A stretch of 64,000 nt of DNA. It comes from an uncultured Gammaproteobacteria bacterium (GTDB taxonomy: Bacteria > Patescibacteriota > Patescibacteriia > UBA11705 > JABHMO01). Both the position numbers and the translations under genes were made by a program. Position 1 is the first letter of the stretch, and each line of letters starts with the position of its first letter. The DNA lies in the NCBI GenBank assembly GCA_964590105.1, contig CAZPYM010000002.1, forward strand, positions 90,697 through 154,696, in the 5' to 3' direction. Positions 17,059 to 26,320 of the stretch are shown piece after piece. The notes beneath the pieces were generated by a model. That model saw only the letters and a program-made list of their open reading frames with translations, made no database searches and was not told the DNA's origin.

Positions 17059-18429
17059 ATGAGTTTTAAAACAGTTTCAGTCAAAATTATTGCAGTTGTT
17101 TTGCGGGCGAGTTCAGCTGCCCTTAAGCGGCTTTTCCAAAGGCTACGTTTTATTCGGAGCTTTTTTGCTTTGTTGGGAAAAATGGGTTTTCGGTTTTTTG
17201 TTTTTCCGTTTTACAGACTGTTGTACTTGTTTAAATATAAAGCGCTGAATGTCTACGCGCCGGCAAAAAATAGAATGTCTTATGTTTTGAATAAAACATA
17301 TTTGATTCATGTGGCGATTGTCTTGATCGGCGTTGTTGTAACCTGGAATAGCATCATGGCCAAGGACTTGAGGGAAGAAAACTTTGGTGAACAAACTGTT
17401 ATTTATTCAGTAATTTCCAAAGAAGAATTGGAGGTCCTGACGGAAGAGACTCAATTGGATTCTTCTAGTGGAAAAATTTTAAGTTATTTGGACAAAAGCG
17501 CGACCATGGAAAGTCAGAAAATAATCACTGACGCTCCTTCTGCGTCGTCTGATCAGCTGGCCACAGAATTTTCTACGGTTACCGAGGGCGGCGCCGCCGT
17601 GGTCAAGCCAAACATTCTCGGAGAGGTCAAGCCTGAAGATTTGCCCGGAGCGGGAGTTCCTTCTCGTCAGGGGATTACTACTTATGTAGTGCAGGCCGGT
17701 GAAACAGTGTCCGCAATTGCCGAGAAATACAACATTAGTGTTGATACAATCCTGTGGCAAAATAATTTAAGCGTCAGGAGTTTAATCCGCGCCGGAGATA
17801 AATTGGAAATATTGCCCACGTCAGGCGTCCTGCATACGGTCACGTCCGGTGAAACGGTCGGCGCGATTGCTAAAAAATATTCTGTCGAAGTGGAAAAAAT
17901 TATTTCATTTAATAATTTATTTGATGTCAATGATATAAAAAAAGGGCAGAAACTGATAGTCCCCGGCGGAAAAATAGTTGCTCCATATATTGCCCCTAGC
18001 CAATACGCGCAGGTACCGCAAGTGTCGCCAATCAGTAAATTATTTATTCCGCCGGCCCAGCAAATCCAGACTAGCGGTATGCTTTGGCCGACCAGCGTGC
18101 GGCGCATTTCCCAGTATTACAGCTGGCGTCATACGGCCATTGATATTGCCGGACCGACCGGCACGCCGATTTATGCTTCAGATTCGGGAACTGTAATTTT
18201 TGCAGGCTGGTCTACCGGATATGGAAATAATATTTTGATTGATCATGGTGGCGGAATGCAGACACGTTACGCTCACGCTTCCAAACTTTATGTGGGCAAG
18301 GGTGACGCAGTTGTCAAAGGTCAGACAATCATGGCTATGGGTTCAACCGGCTGGTCAACTGGTCCCCATGTTCATTTTGAGATTATTGTTAACGGTGTAA
18401 AAAAGAATCCGCTGTCATACGTAAAATAA
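17059..18429 (+). CDS. LysM-domain M23 family metallopeptidase (peptidoglycan hydrolase), N-terminally membrane anchored.
   Basis: 456 aa. Two LysM repeats (YVVQAGETVSAIAEKYNISVDTILWQNNL and HTVTSGETVGAIAKKYSVEVEKIISFNNL). C-terminal M23 motifs HTAIDIAG...GNNILIDHGGG...GSTGWSTGPHVHFEI. Confidence 0.85.
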   Translation: MSFKTVSVKIIAVVLRASSAALKRLFQRLRFIRSFFALLGKMGFRFFVFPFYRLLYLFKYKALNVYAPAKNRMSYVLNKTYLIHVAIVLIGVVVTWNSIMAKDLREENFGEQTVIYSVISKEELEVLTEETQLDSSSGKILSYLDKSATMESQKIITDAPSASSDQLATEFSTVTEGGAAVVKPNILGEVKPEDLPGAGVPSRQGITTYVVQAGETVSAIAEKYNISVDTILWQNNLSVRSLIRAGDKLEILPTSGVLHTVTSGETVGAIAKKYSVEVEKIISFNNLFDVNDIKKGQKLIVPGGKIVAPYIAPSQYAQVPQVSPISKLFIPPAQQIQTSGMLWPTSVRRISQYYSWRHTAIDIAGPTGTPIYASDSGTVIFAGWSTGYGNNILIDHGGGMQTRYAHASKLYVGKGDAVVKGQTIMAMGSTGWSTGPHVHFEIIVNGVKKNPLSYVK

Positions 18430-18444
18430 TAATTTTTAGGATAA

Positions 18445-18472
18445 AAAAACGAGCCTCTTGGGCTCGTTTTTG
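18445..18472 (+). terminator. Rho-independent terminator.
   Basis: AACGAGCC-TCTTG-GGCTCGTT stem followed by TTTTT. Confidence 0.6.
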
Positions 18473-18560
18473 GTGAAAAGAACTGTTGATCGGGACTACT
18501 AATGAATTCCAAGACAAACTTGAGCACCTGCTAGAAGAGTTTTCTTTTGTTCGTTCCTTT

Positions 18561-20081
18561 CTAGCCCTTTGGCCTGTATTGTAACGCCTCGGCAATGTGT
18601 GTTGTTTTGATATCGGCAATGTTTTCCATGTCGGCAATTGTTCTGGAAATTTTTAGAATTCGGTGATATGAACGGGCAGACAAATGAAGTTGATTTACCG
18701 CCGATTTCATCAGGTCGAGCGATGGTTGATCAAGCTGGCAAAATATTTTAATATCCTGCGGCCGCATTTCCGAATTGTATTTAATTGGTGAGTTTTGAAA
18801 TCTTTGTCTTTGAATTTTGTGAACTTGAGTAATGCGCTGTTGAATTATGGCCGAAGATTCGCTTTTTTGAGATTCCTGCAGTTTTTCAAAATTTAATCTT
18901 GGCACTTCCACATGCAAATCAATGCGGTCAATGATCGGGCCGGATATTTTTTTATTGTATTTAATAATCTGGCTAGGCGAGCAAACGCAATTTTTATCAG
19001 GGTCAGAATAATAGCCGCAGGGGCAGGGATTTTGGCTGGCGACGAGAGTGAATCTGGCAGGGAAAGTCAAAGTTCCCTGCGCCCTTGAAACGGTGATAAT
19101 GCCGTCTTCAAGTGGTTGGCGTAGATTTTCCAGAACCGGCCGGGGAAATTCCGGAAATTCATCCAGAAAAAGAATTCCCCGGTGCGCCAGGCTTATTTCG
19201 CCAGGCTTTGGAATTCGTCCGCCGCCAACCAGAGCGGCGCCCGAGCTGGTATGATGAGGCGAGCGAAAAGGGCGGCGGCGGATCACCGGCTCGCCCTGTG
19301 GCAAAAGACCGGCGATGGAATAAATTTTTGTCACCTCGAGAATTTCATCTTCCCCCATCGCCGGCAGAATGGAAGGTAGGGTTCTAGCCAAAAGAGTTTT
19401 TCCGGATCCGGGTGGCCCGCTTAATAAAATATTGTGCGCGCCGGCAGCGGCGATCTCGAGCGCCCTCTTGGCTTGCTCCTGCCCATGGACGAAAGCCATG
19501 TCCGTGTCAAAACAAACCGGCTGCTCGGTTGTTTCTAAAAGAGAATAGTCAAAAGGAATTATCTTTTCAATGCATTGCAAATGATCGACCAGCTGGCGCA
19601 AATTTTTTACCGGATAAATATTCAGGTCAGAAATTAAGCCGGCTTCTGTCGCATTATCTGCCGGGATGTATAAATTTTTGAAGCCTTTTTCTTTGGCGAA
19701 AATAGCAGCCGGCAAAATTCCGTTGGTGTGGCGCAGGTCGCCGCTTAGGGCGAGCTCTCCGATAAACAAACTGTCGTTCAAATCGCCGGCTTCAAGCTGA
19801 TCAGAATTAACTAATACGGATAGAGCAATCGCCAGGTCGTAAGAAGGGCCTTCTTTGCGCAGGTCAGCCGGCGCCAGATTGACAATGCTTTTGTAGCGCG
19901 GAAAAGAAAAGCCGCTGTTTTTTATTGCCAGCCGAACGCGCTCCTTCGCTTCGTTAATAGCCGCGTCGGGTAGACCGACAATTACAAAATAAGTCTGATC
20001 AGTTTTTACTTGATCAGATTCGACTTCCACCAATTCGCAGTTTAGTCCAATATTCGCGCAGGAGTTTATTTTGGCAAACAT
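18561..20081 (-). CDS. comM: YifB/ComM family Mg-chelatase-like AAA+ ATPase.
   Basis: 506 aa. N-terminal Lon-like domain, Walker A LSGPPGSGKTLLAR, MCM-like AAA+ core and C-terminal domain, all typical of ComM/YifB. Confidence 0.9.
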   Translation of the reverse strand: MFAKINSCANIGLNCELVEVESDQVKTDQTYFVIVGLPDAAINEAKERVRLAIKNSGFSFPRYKSIVNLAPADLRKEGPSYDLAIALSVLVNSDQLEAGDLNDSLFIGELALSGDLRHTNGILPAAIFAKEKGFKNLYIPADNATEAGLISDLNIYPVKNLRQLVDHLQCIEKIIPFDYSLLETTEQPVCFDTDMAFVHGQEQAKRALEIAAAGAHNILLSGPPGSGKTLLARTLPSILPAMGEDEILEVTKIYSIAGLLPQGEPVIRRRPFRSPHHTSSGAALVGGGRIPKPGEISLAHRGILFLDEFPEFPRPVLENLRQPLEDGIITVSRAQGTLTFPARFTLVASQNPCPCGYYSDPDKNCVCSPSQIIKYNKKISGPIIDRIDLHVEVPRLNFEKLQESQKSESSAIIQQRITQVHKIQRQRFQNSPIKYNSEMRPQDIKIFCQLDQPSLDLMKSAVNQLHLSARSYHRILKISRTIADMENIADIKTTHIAEALQYRPKG

Positions 20082-20141
20082 AAGAAAAAAGTTAAAAGGG
20101 AAAAGGGAAAAATTAAAAGTAAGAAAATAGTAAAGTGGATT

Positions 20142-20186
20142 TCCGCCAAAGGTGCCTGCCTGTGGCGGGGATGCGCCTTTAGCGCA
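20142..20186. repeat. GC hairpin-pair repeat, copy C.
   Basis: TCCGCCAAAGGTG..CCTGTGGCGGGGATGCGCCTTTAGCGCA. The GGATGCGCC-N4-GGCGCA core is shared with copies A and B, and it is followed by an AT-rich T-run. Confidence 0.5.
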
Positions 20187-20329
20187 AACTTAATTAAATT
20201 TTTTCGTAATCGGCTGAACGCGGAATGCGCGAGCCGGAAGAAAGCCCTTTACATTTTAAGGATAAAGCGCGTAAATGTCAAAAAAAGACCCGCTTCTCGG
20301 CGGGAATTTTTTTATTAAATTTTTTGTAA

Positions 20330-20848
20330 TTAGAATACTTTGTTCACTACAAATATTACTCCGCCGACAATTATTACTCCGATCACTATCCAGCCAATAT
20401 TTTCCTGGCCGGATTGCGGTTGTTCGTTTTCCGGCAAAGGATTGTTTTCCAAGTAGGTCTTCACAAATAGTTGCGGATCCGGATATTCATTTACCGGCAG
20501 ATTGTAAAATTCAACAGCCTGGCTGATTTCATTTTCACTTTCTCCTTCAATCGCTTTGGCACCGATGAAAGTGACGGGAATGCCCTGCGGAGAAATTTTA
20601 TATGCGTAGTTAAACTCATTGAACTTGGTGACATATTTTGGGTCAGCCTTCATGTCAAAGTCATGAATAACTATTTGAGGGTATTCGTTTTGTTTCAGCG
20701 TTTCAAGTTGAGAAAGAATATTAGCGCAATGCGGGCAACCATTTTGTGTAAAAATATAAATGTCCATCGGCGATTCCGCTGCTTGCGTCGCAGAAGAAAT
20801 GGCAAACATGAAGACAAGCAGAAAACCGAAAAAAAATATTTTTTTCAT
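20330..20848 (-). CDS. Thioredoxin-fold protein (CPHC active site) with signal peptide and C-terminal TM anchor.
   Basis: 172 aa. N-terminal hydrophobic signal, CPHC motif (IFTQNGCPHCANI), C-terminal TM IGWIVIGVIIVGGVIFVV. An extracytoplasmic thiol-disulfide oxidoreductase is likely. Confidence 0.6.
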   Translation of the reverse strand: MKKIFFFGFLLVFMFAISSATQAAESPMDIYIFTQNGCPHCANILSQLETLKQNEYPQIVIHDFDMKADPKYVTKFNEFNYAYKISPQGIPVTFIGAKAIEGESENEISQAVEFYNLPVNEYPDPQLFVKTYLENNPLPENEQPQSGQENIGWIVIGVIIVGGVIFVVNKVF

Positions 20849-21318
20849 ATTGTTTTTTTACGTAATTCATTAATTACGAATAAGAACAGACAAACAACGA
20901 TGATGAAATCGGCCAGATTAAAGGCCGGCCATGAAAAATTATAAACGCTGATTGAAAAATAATCAACAACTCCTCGGTGCGCGAACCGGTCCAGTAAATT
21001 TGAAGCGGCAGCGCCGGTGATGAGGGATGTCAGGAGAATATCAAATCGGTCCCCTTTTTTCAATAACTGGTTCTCATAGTAAAGAAGCATGGCAATGGCG
21101 ACCGTGGTAAGTAAAATAATTAAAACCAGCGGGAACTTAATTCCAAAAGCAGCATATTGGTTGATGCTTTTTTCCAGGTGAATTTTTAAAAAATCAAAAT
21201 CAAAAAAAATCATACCTTCCGCGGGGAGCTTTATCATAATCGCGAATTTGATCGCTTGATCAATAAACAATGCGCCCACCTTTAATAAATTGGCGGGCGC
21301 GAAAAACTTACTATTCAT
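20845..21318 (-). CDS. lspA: Lipoprotein signal peptidase II.
   Basis: The conserved LspA segments GAASNLLDR, GVVDYF and FNLADF are present. ATG at 21318 (MNSKFF); the ORF-track extension to 21411 is unlikely. Confidence 0.8.
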   Translation of the reverse strand: MNSKFFAPANLLKVGALFIDQAIKFAIMIKLPAEGMIFFDFDFLKIHLEKSINQYAAFGIKFPLVLIILLTTVAIAMLLYYENQLLKKGDRFDILLTSLITGAAASNLLDRFAHRGVVDYFSISVYNFSWPAFNLADFIIVVCLFLFVINELRKKTI

Positions 21319-21320
21319 TG

Positions 21321-21689
21321 CTATAGAGATTTTAGTTTTGTTTTGCAGCTGATGCAGGCGCCCGAAGTTGGTCTGGCCTTCAGTCTTTTGACGTTTATTT
21401 CCTGTTTGCAATATTTACAAATCCCGTAAGTGCCCTTTTTTAAGCTTTCAATCGCTTTATTCACATCGCGCAAAGATTTTTCCAGGGTTTTTTCCAGAGT
21501 GAGATTAAAACCATATTTCGCAACTTCCGAAGTATTGTCAGTTTCATCGTCGCCAATATCTTCGAATTGAGTCTCATAGTCCTCAGGATTGTGAGGATTT
21601 TTTTTTGCGAATTTCAAAAGTTCCGATTCCAGGTTTTCCTTTTCTTGCAAAAGAATTTGTTTGATTTCTTCAGTGTCTTTTTTGTTCAT
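21321..21689 (-). CDS. DksA/TraR-family C4 zinc-finger protein.
   Basis: 122 aa. N-terminal coiled-coil. C-terminal CKYC...CISC four-Cys finger with the DksA-like spacing. Confidence 0.65.
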   Translation of the reverse strand: MNKKDTEEIKQILLQEKENLESELLKFAKKNPHNPEDYETQFEDIGDDETDNTSEVAKYGFNLTLEKTLEKSLRDVNKAIESLKKGTYGICKYCKQEINVKRLKARPTSGACISCKTKLKSL

Positions 21690-21922
21690 ATAATTCTTTC
21701 TTCAATATAGATAAGCATACACTACTTTAACGCAAAGTACAAGATCGCGAAGACAACAGGACCTCAACATTATTCTATATAATAATGTGCTTGTCAACAG
21801 GCAAAATAGGGCTTGAAACAGAGGAAAGGCTGTGCGATAAAAAGGTGTGATTTATGTGTTGGCTATTAATGCTGGATGATCATGTCATATCATATAGGGG
21901 TTAGTCAACCAGTAATCAGTTA

Positions 21923-22492
21923 TTAATAATTTTCACTTTGAACTTGATAATAGGCGCGCGGATGATCACAGCTCGGACACATTTCCGGCGCTTCTTTTCC
22001 AACGTGCAGATACCCGCATTCGCGGCAAATCCAAACTGTTTCGGTTTGCTTTTTGTGAACCGTGCCAGCTTCGACTTCGGCCAATAGTTTTTTATAACGT
22101 TCTTCGTGATGTTTTTCCGCTACGGCGATTGAGCGCAGTCGGCCGGCGATTTTGCTCAAGCCTTCTTCGTCAGCTATTTTTGCAAAGCCGGGATACATTT
22201 CCGTGTGTTCGTGATTTTCTCCGGCAATTGCAGCTTTCAGGTTTTCAATTGTGCTTCCAAAAACAGTGGGCGCGGTGGCGTCAACCACAAGTTCTGCCAG
22301 ACCTTTTTTAATTTCTTGAATGTGCTCAAATAAACGTTTGGCGTGGGTTTTTTCTTGCTCAGCAGTTTCCAAAAAAATGCCGGCAATTTGTTCATAACCC
22401 TCCTTTTGTGCTACTTTTGCATAATATGCGTAGCGATTGCGCGCTTGAGATTCGCCAATGAAGGCTTTAGTAAGGTTTTGTAGTGTCTTCAT
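21923..22492 (-). CDS. Rubrerythrin.
   Basis: 189 aa. Ferritin-like diiron helices (E..A...[21 protein letters not shown]) plus a C-terminal rubredoxin-like CRECG...CPSC. Confidence 0.9.
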   Translation of the reverse strand: MKTLQNLTKAFIGESQARNRYAYYAKVAQKEGYEQIAGIFLETAEQEKTHAKRLFEHIQEIKKGLAELVVDATAPTVFGSTIENLKAAIAGENHEHTEMYPGFAKIADEEGLSKIAGRLRSIAVAEKHHEERYKKLLAEVEAGTVHKKQTETVWICRECGYLHVGKEAPEMCPSCDHPRAYYQVQSENY

Positions 22493-22599
22493 AAGGACGA
22501 GGGGGAATTAAGTTTCTAAAGTTTATCAGGTTGAAAGCAGTCAATGTCCGCAATTATCAACTTATTAATAAACCTAGTTCCCTTAATTTATTTTTAAAA

Positions 22600-23577
22600 T
22601 TATTTAATTTGAGCGTCTTCCTGAAATTTATTTAAAAATGTTTCGCTAACTGTTATAACTTGCTCCCAGTTCCAGCCATTATTTATCAAAGCTTGCTCAT
22701 TTATGATATGTTGCTTTGTTTGTTTATTCATCAAATACACCTTATCAGTATTTGCGGAGCGTAGCAAACTGCCCGATTTGAGTTGAAGCTCGGCGACAGT
22801 CGGCGAAAAGCCATTATCAATTTCTTCTTTATCCAAATATCCGTCTTGATCCGTATCGCTGGAAATTAAACTGGTTTTGTATCTCAATTCTTGTGATTTA
22901 GTTAGCCCGTCCAGGTCGCCGTCGAGCGAAGCTGAATTTTTTATTTCAGGGCTGGTGAAGATTGCCACTTTTGCGCCGGTTTTTGTTTTATTGCCGGCCA
23001 CAAAATCGTGCATGGCGTCTATAATTGTTTCATAGGAGTAGCGAAGATTGCGGCCATACTGCGTGCCCGGTTCCTGTGTGATGAATTCCTGATTAATGTC
23101 ATCATAACCAGAAATCACCAGTACATGATAATCAGGTCCGCCGTTCAGAAAATATGGATTTTTCAAATACTTGCCATACGCTGGTAAAATAATGGGATGT
23201 TTTTTTTGAATCTGCTCTTTCATTTGTTCAACCGTGGGACTGGCAACAACATCAGCTTCCCAATTAAAGAAATTATTTATCAATTGGGCAATTTTCCCGG
23301 CTTCTTCATCTTTGCTTTTGCCAAAGTAGGTTTCTTTAATCTGATTAATATTGGCAATACCTTGCTCGGCGGAGTTTAAATTAAGTTCCTGATTATTATA
23401 AAATGCATCTACAATTAAAATAGACGTCTCTTCGCAAGTGTTTTGCCACGACCCTGTCCAATTGCCGATAGGCGCTTGAGAGCTGAAACTGATATTTAGC
23501 GATTCGGCGATTACAGGAAAGGCTAAGATCATTATTATCAGCGCCGAGACAAGAGGAAGGTTTTTGAATGCTTTCAT
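22600..23577 (-). CDS. Secreted protein with a C39-like peptidase/transglutaminase-like core and C-terminal calcium-binding (TSP3/dockerin-like) repeats.
   Basis: 325 aa. Signal peptide. Cys-containing core (QNTCEETSILIV...HVLVISGYDD). C-terminal D-x-D-x-D-G repeats (DGDLDGLTKSQ, SDTDQDGYLDKEEIDNG). Domain call is hedged. Confidence 0.45.
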   Translation of the reverse strand: MKAFKNLPLVSALIIMILAFPVIAESLNISFSSQAPIGNWTGSWQNTCEETSILIVDAFYNNQELNLNSAEQGIANINQIKETYFGKSKDEEAGKIAQLINNFFNWEADVVASPTVEQMKEQIQKKHPIILPAYGKYLKNPYFLNGGPDYHVLVISGYDDINQEFITQEPGTQYGRNLRYSYETIIDAMHDFVAGNKTKTGAKVAIFTSPEIKNSASLDGDLDGLTKSQELRYKTSLISSDTDQDGYLDKEEIDNGFSPTVAELQLKSGSLLRSANTDKVYLMNKQTKQHIINEQALINNGWNWEQVITVSETFLNKFQEDAQIK

Positions 23578-24127
23578 GTGAAAATAATATGTCTGTTGAT
23601 ATTATACAGTTTTACTGGCGAGCCAACAACTCCGGAAAACAAATTAACGGAAGTAAGCTATTTTTTCAAAAAAAAAGCGCGAACTGTACGCCCTATGAAA
23701 TAAATTATATGGCGAGCTCGCGCTCGTGTCTTGTGTAAAGCCGGCCTTCTTAGATAACTTTTAGAAGGTGTCATCCTTAAAAGCACAAAGCTTTCAAGAC
23801 TGTTGTGTGGACATCTGGTGTTTACCCTTCCACGGGAGAGCCGCTAGGGATCCCTGGTGAAATTTTTGTTTTTGTTTTTGATTGATCGAAATAGGAAGAG
23901 TAAGTAGATGTAATGGACCGAATGGCCCTAGAGTGAATTTTCCAAACTCAACTTGGAAAGTTGTGTTCAAAGAGCAAGTTTGCGAAAGAACATGTAGAAA
24001 TTGATGCATGGATCACTTCCTACCTCTATATTATAGCACGTTGAAAATACCCGGTCAAGGGTTTTAGGCAATTTTTGTAAATTTAGTTATTTCTTGTGAG
24101 AATTAAATGAATTGATAGGGTGTGAGC

Positions 24128-24163
24128 TGTGGATAACTCTGTGGATTTATCTACCTTATCCAC
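24128..24163. promoter_or_regulatory. Cluster of DnaA-box consensus sites, two of them perfect TTATCCACA in inverted orientation, about 18 kb from oriC.
   Basis: TGTGGATAA at 24128-24136 (reverse complement TTATCCACA), TGTGGATTT at 24139-24147 and TTATCCACA at 24155-24163. Confidence 0.5.
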
Positions 24164-24176
24164 ATGTTTGTATACA

Positions 24177-25400
24177 CTAGTCTATACAAATCGTATTTTG
24201 ATTGAAAATTCCAGTACGAAGAACAATATGATTGAAGAAGTTACTTAGCTCGGCACTTTGGGGTTTGATATATAGACAATTTTTTGAAAACATGCCGGAA
24301 CAGCTGGTCGTGTTTATGTTGGCCGGCGATGAAACGATTGATTCATGCGGAAAATTATTATTAATAATCAGCTGACCGTCGACTTCGGTTAGTCGAAGGT
24401 CTAAATTTATTTTTGGTTCAGTCAAAATGTATTGTTGTTGGTAGTCACTGACAACAGTTTCAAATTTCCAAGCATTAGGATCAGCTATATATTGAATGGC
24501 CGTGGTTTGATCCGGCAGCAGTTTTGATTTTTCGCTAGGTAATGTTTGGGCTAGAATATTTAGGATGAACGACTGAAGCTGTTCGGTCGGGTTTTCTTTT
24601 TGAGAAGCGATTATCATGAATCCGTCCGGTGTTTGGGCAAATTCCACTGCCCCGTTTAATGATTTAAGCAGATGAAAAATAAAATTCTGCGGCGAATATT
24701 CTGCGTTTTGAACAATTTTTCCTGGAAATATATTGTTGAAGTAGGCACTGGTATCAGCCGGCAGGACAGAAATTTGTGGTTTTTCGTGCCTACCAACTTC
24801 TTGTCCGGTGAGCCCGTGAGTTTTCAAACAAAGAGTGTTTTCGTGCGCACTGCCGGCCAATGCCAGCGGTGAAGATGGCTGATCCGCGACAAAAGGGATT
24901 TTTAAAGTGCGGATGTCTTTTATATAGATGAGAAAATTCGTAAAAGCTATTTTGCGCCGCGTTTGTTTGAACCATTCCGTTTCATGTAGTTTGTCGGCGG
25001 AAACAGTCAGTCGTGGGAAAAACAAGACTTTGCCTTCGCGCGTGAAGGAAGTTTCATTGCGTGAGATTAGTTCGAGCGTTTTCTGCGTGTCCTTGGCTAC
25101 GGCAAACACCTGCCCATTTAAGGAAAAAAAGCCAACTTCTTCATCCAGGTGTTCAAGAATAGATTGCCATCTGCCAGCAGACATGGCGCTTTTGTCTTCA
25201 AGCCAGGAAAGATAAAAGATTCGTTGTTTTTCTGGAATTTTCAAAAGGTTTTGTGTTGTTGTGTGGAAATAGGCCTCTGCCTGCGCCGGAACGTATTTGA
25301 CAAGATGGTCGTTATGATTGAAAAACAAAAATAGCCAACAGCCGACGAAGACGGTTACTGATAAAACAAAAAGCCAGAATTTTAATCGAAAGTAACTCAT
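24177..25400 (-). CDS. Hypothetical N-terminally membrane-anchored protein (407 aa).
   Basis: Long ORF with an N-terminal TM helix and no recognisable motif. Confidence 0.4.
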   Translation of the reverse strand: MSYFRLKFWLFVLSVTVFVGCWLFLFFNHNDHLVKYVPAQAEAYFHTTTQNLLKIPEKQRIFYLSWLEDKSAMSAGRWQSILEHLDEEVGFFSLNGQVFAVAKDTQKTLELISRNETSFTREGKVLFFPRLTVSADKLHETEWFKQTRRKIAFTNFLIYIKDIRTLKIPFVADQPSSPLALAGSAHENTLCLKTHGLTGQEVGRHEKPQISVLPADTSAYFNNIFPGKIVQNAEYSPQNFIFHLLKSLNGAVEFAQTPDGFMIIASQKENPTEQLQSFILNILAQTLPSEKSKLLPDQTTAIQYIADPNAWKFETVVSDYQQQYILTEPKINLDLRLTEVDGQLIINNNFPHESIVSSPANINTTSCSGMFSKNCLYIKPQSAELSNFFNHIVLRTGIFNQNTICID

Positions 25401-25491
25401 ATTAATTTAATTTTAACTTAATACGTGAGAAAAAGCCAGTTTTTTTATTTATTAAAAAAAACAACGCCCTTGAAGGCGTTGAATGTAATGA

Positions 25492-26169
25492 TTATCGGGA
25501 ATACCAACCGTCGACAAATTCAATGCAGTCGTTGAATTTTCCGGCAAAGAGCAGTTTATAGGGACCGCTCTGAAAACCTCCTCCGAGGAGAATAGTTTTT
25601 CCGGAGTTTTGTTTTAGGGTTCTCCAGAACTCGGCGTTGTTGTGAAACCAAGCGGACGAGAGTTGATACGTCACAGTGATGATGTCGACTTTGTCCAGCT
25701 CAGCCCAGGTATGCCAGCGAAAATAGCCTTTGTTTGACTTGAAAAGCAAGCAGCCATTTTTATTTGCCCAAAGCGTGTGAATGCTTAGGGCGCAATTGAA
25801 TCGACGCTTGACCGCCAGGCCGAGAGTCAGATCATAAACGTCAATGTGCGCAATCGAGCGCGGCAGCCTGGGAATTTCTTCGGCTTTGATGTTTTTCAAT
25901 TCCAGAACAATGGGAATTTTATGCTGATTTGAAGCATCAATCAGCGATTGATACGGCCAAGCTTGTTTTTTCCAAAATCTCCAGGTCAGCCAGTACAGGT
26001 AAAACAGGGGCATGACCATGAAAAAGGTAAAAATGCCGCCGGGGTGGAACATATACAGGCCGTGCCAGATATTGACCAGATCGCCCTCAGCATAGTGCCG
26101 CCGGTCGATCGTTTCATACGATTCATAGCGGTTTGCCTTGCGATGGATGATAATTTTCTTTTCGTCCAT
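25492..26169 (-). CDS. Hypothetical membrane protein (225 aa).
   Basis: ORF with central TM helices (IFTFFMVMPLFYLYWLTW). No recognisable motif. Confidence 0.4.
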   Translation of the reverse strand: MDEKKIIIHRKANRYESYETIDRRHYAEGDLVNIWHGLYMFHPGGIFTFFMVMPLFYLYWLTWRFWKKQAWPYQSLIDASNQHKIPIVLELKNIKAEEIPRLPRSIAHIDVYDLTLGLAVKRRFNCALSIHTLWANKNGCLLFKSNKGYFRWHTWAELDKVDIITVTYQLSSAWFHNNAEFWRTLKQNSGKTILLGGGFQSGPYKLLFAGKFNDCIEFVDGWYSR

Positions 26170-26320
26170 TTCCTCCTCCCCCCCATTGATTTGTAATTAT
26201 GAAAGAACCGACATTAAAGAATAGTATAATTTTATTGAATTGTCAATATAGGCGACAAAAACAGCCGCAGGTTATTGTCTGCAACTGTTTTTTATTACAC
26301 ATTGAATCAGTAATTAAGTC

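Noticed and set aside
23794-24009. 71-aa minus-strand ORF in the long non-coding region.
   Set aside because: No RBS, a low-complexity translation, and it lies over the GC-rich hairpin core. It is more likely non-coding.
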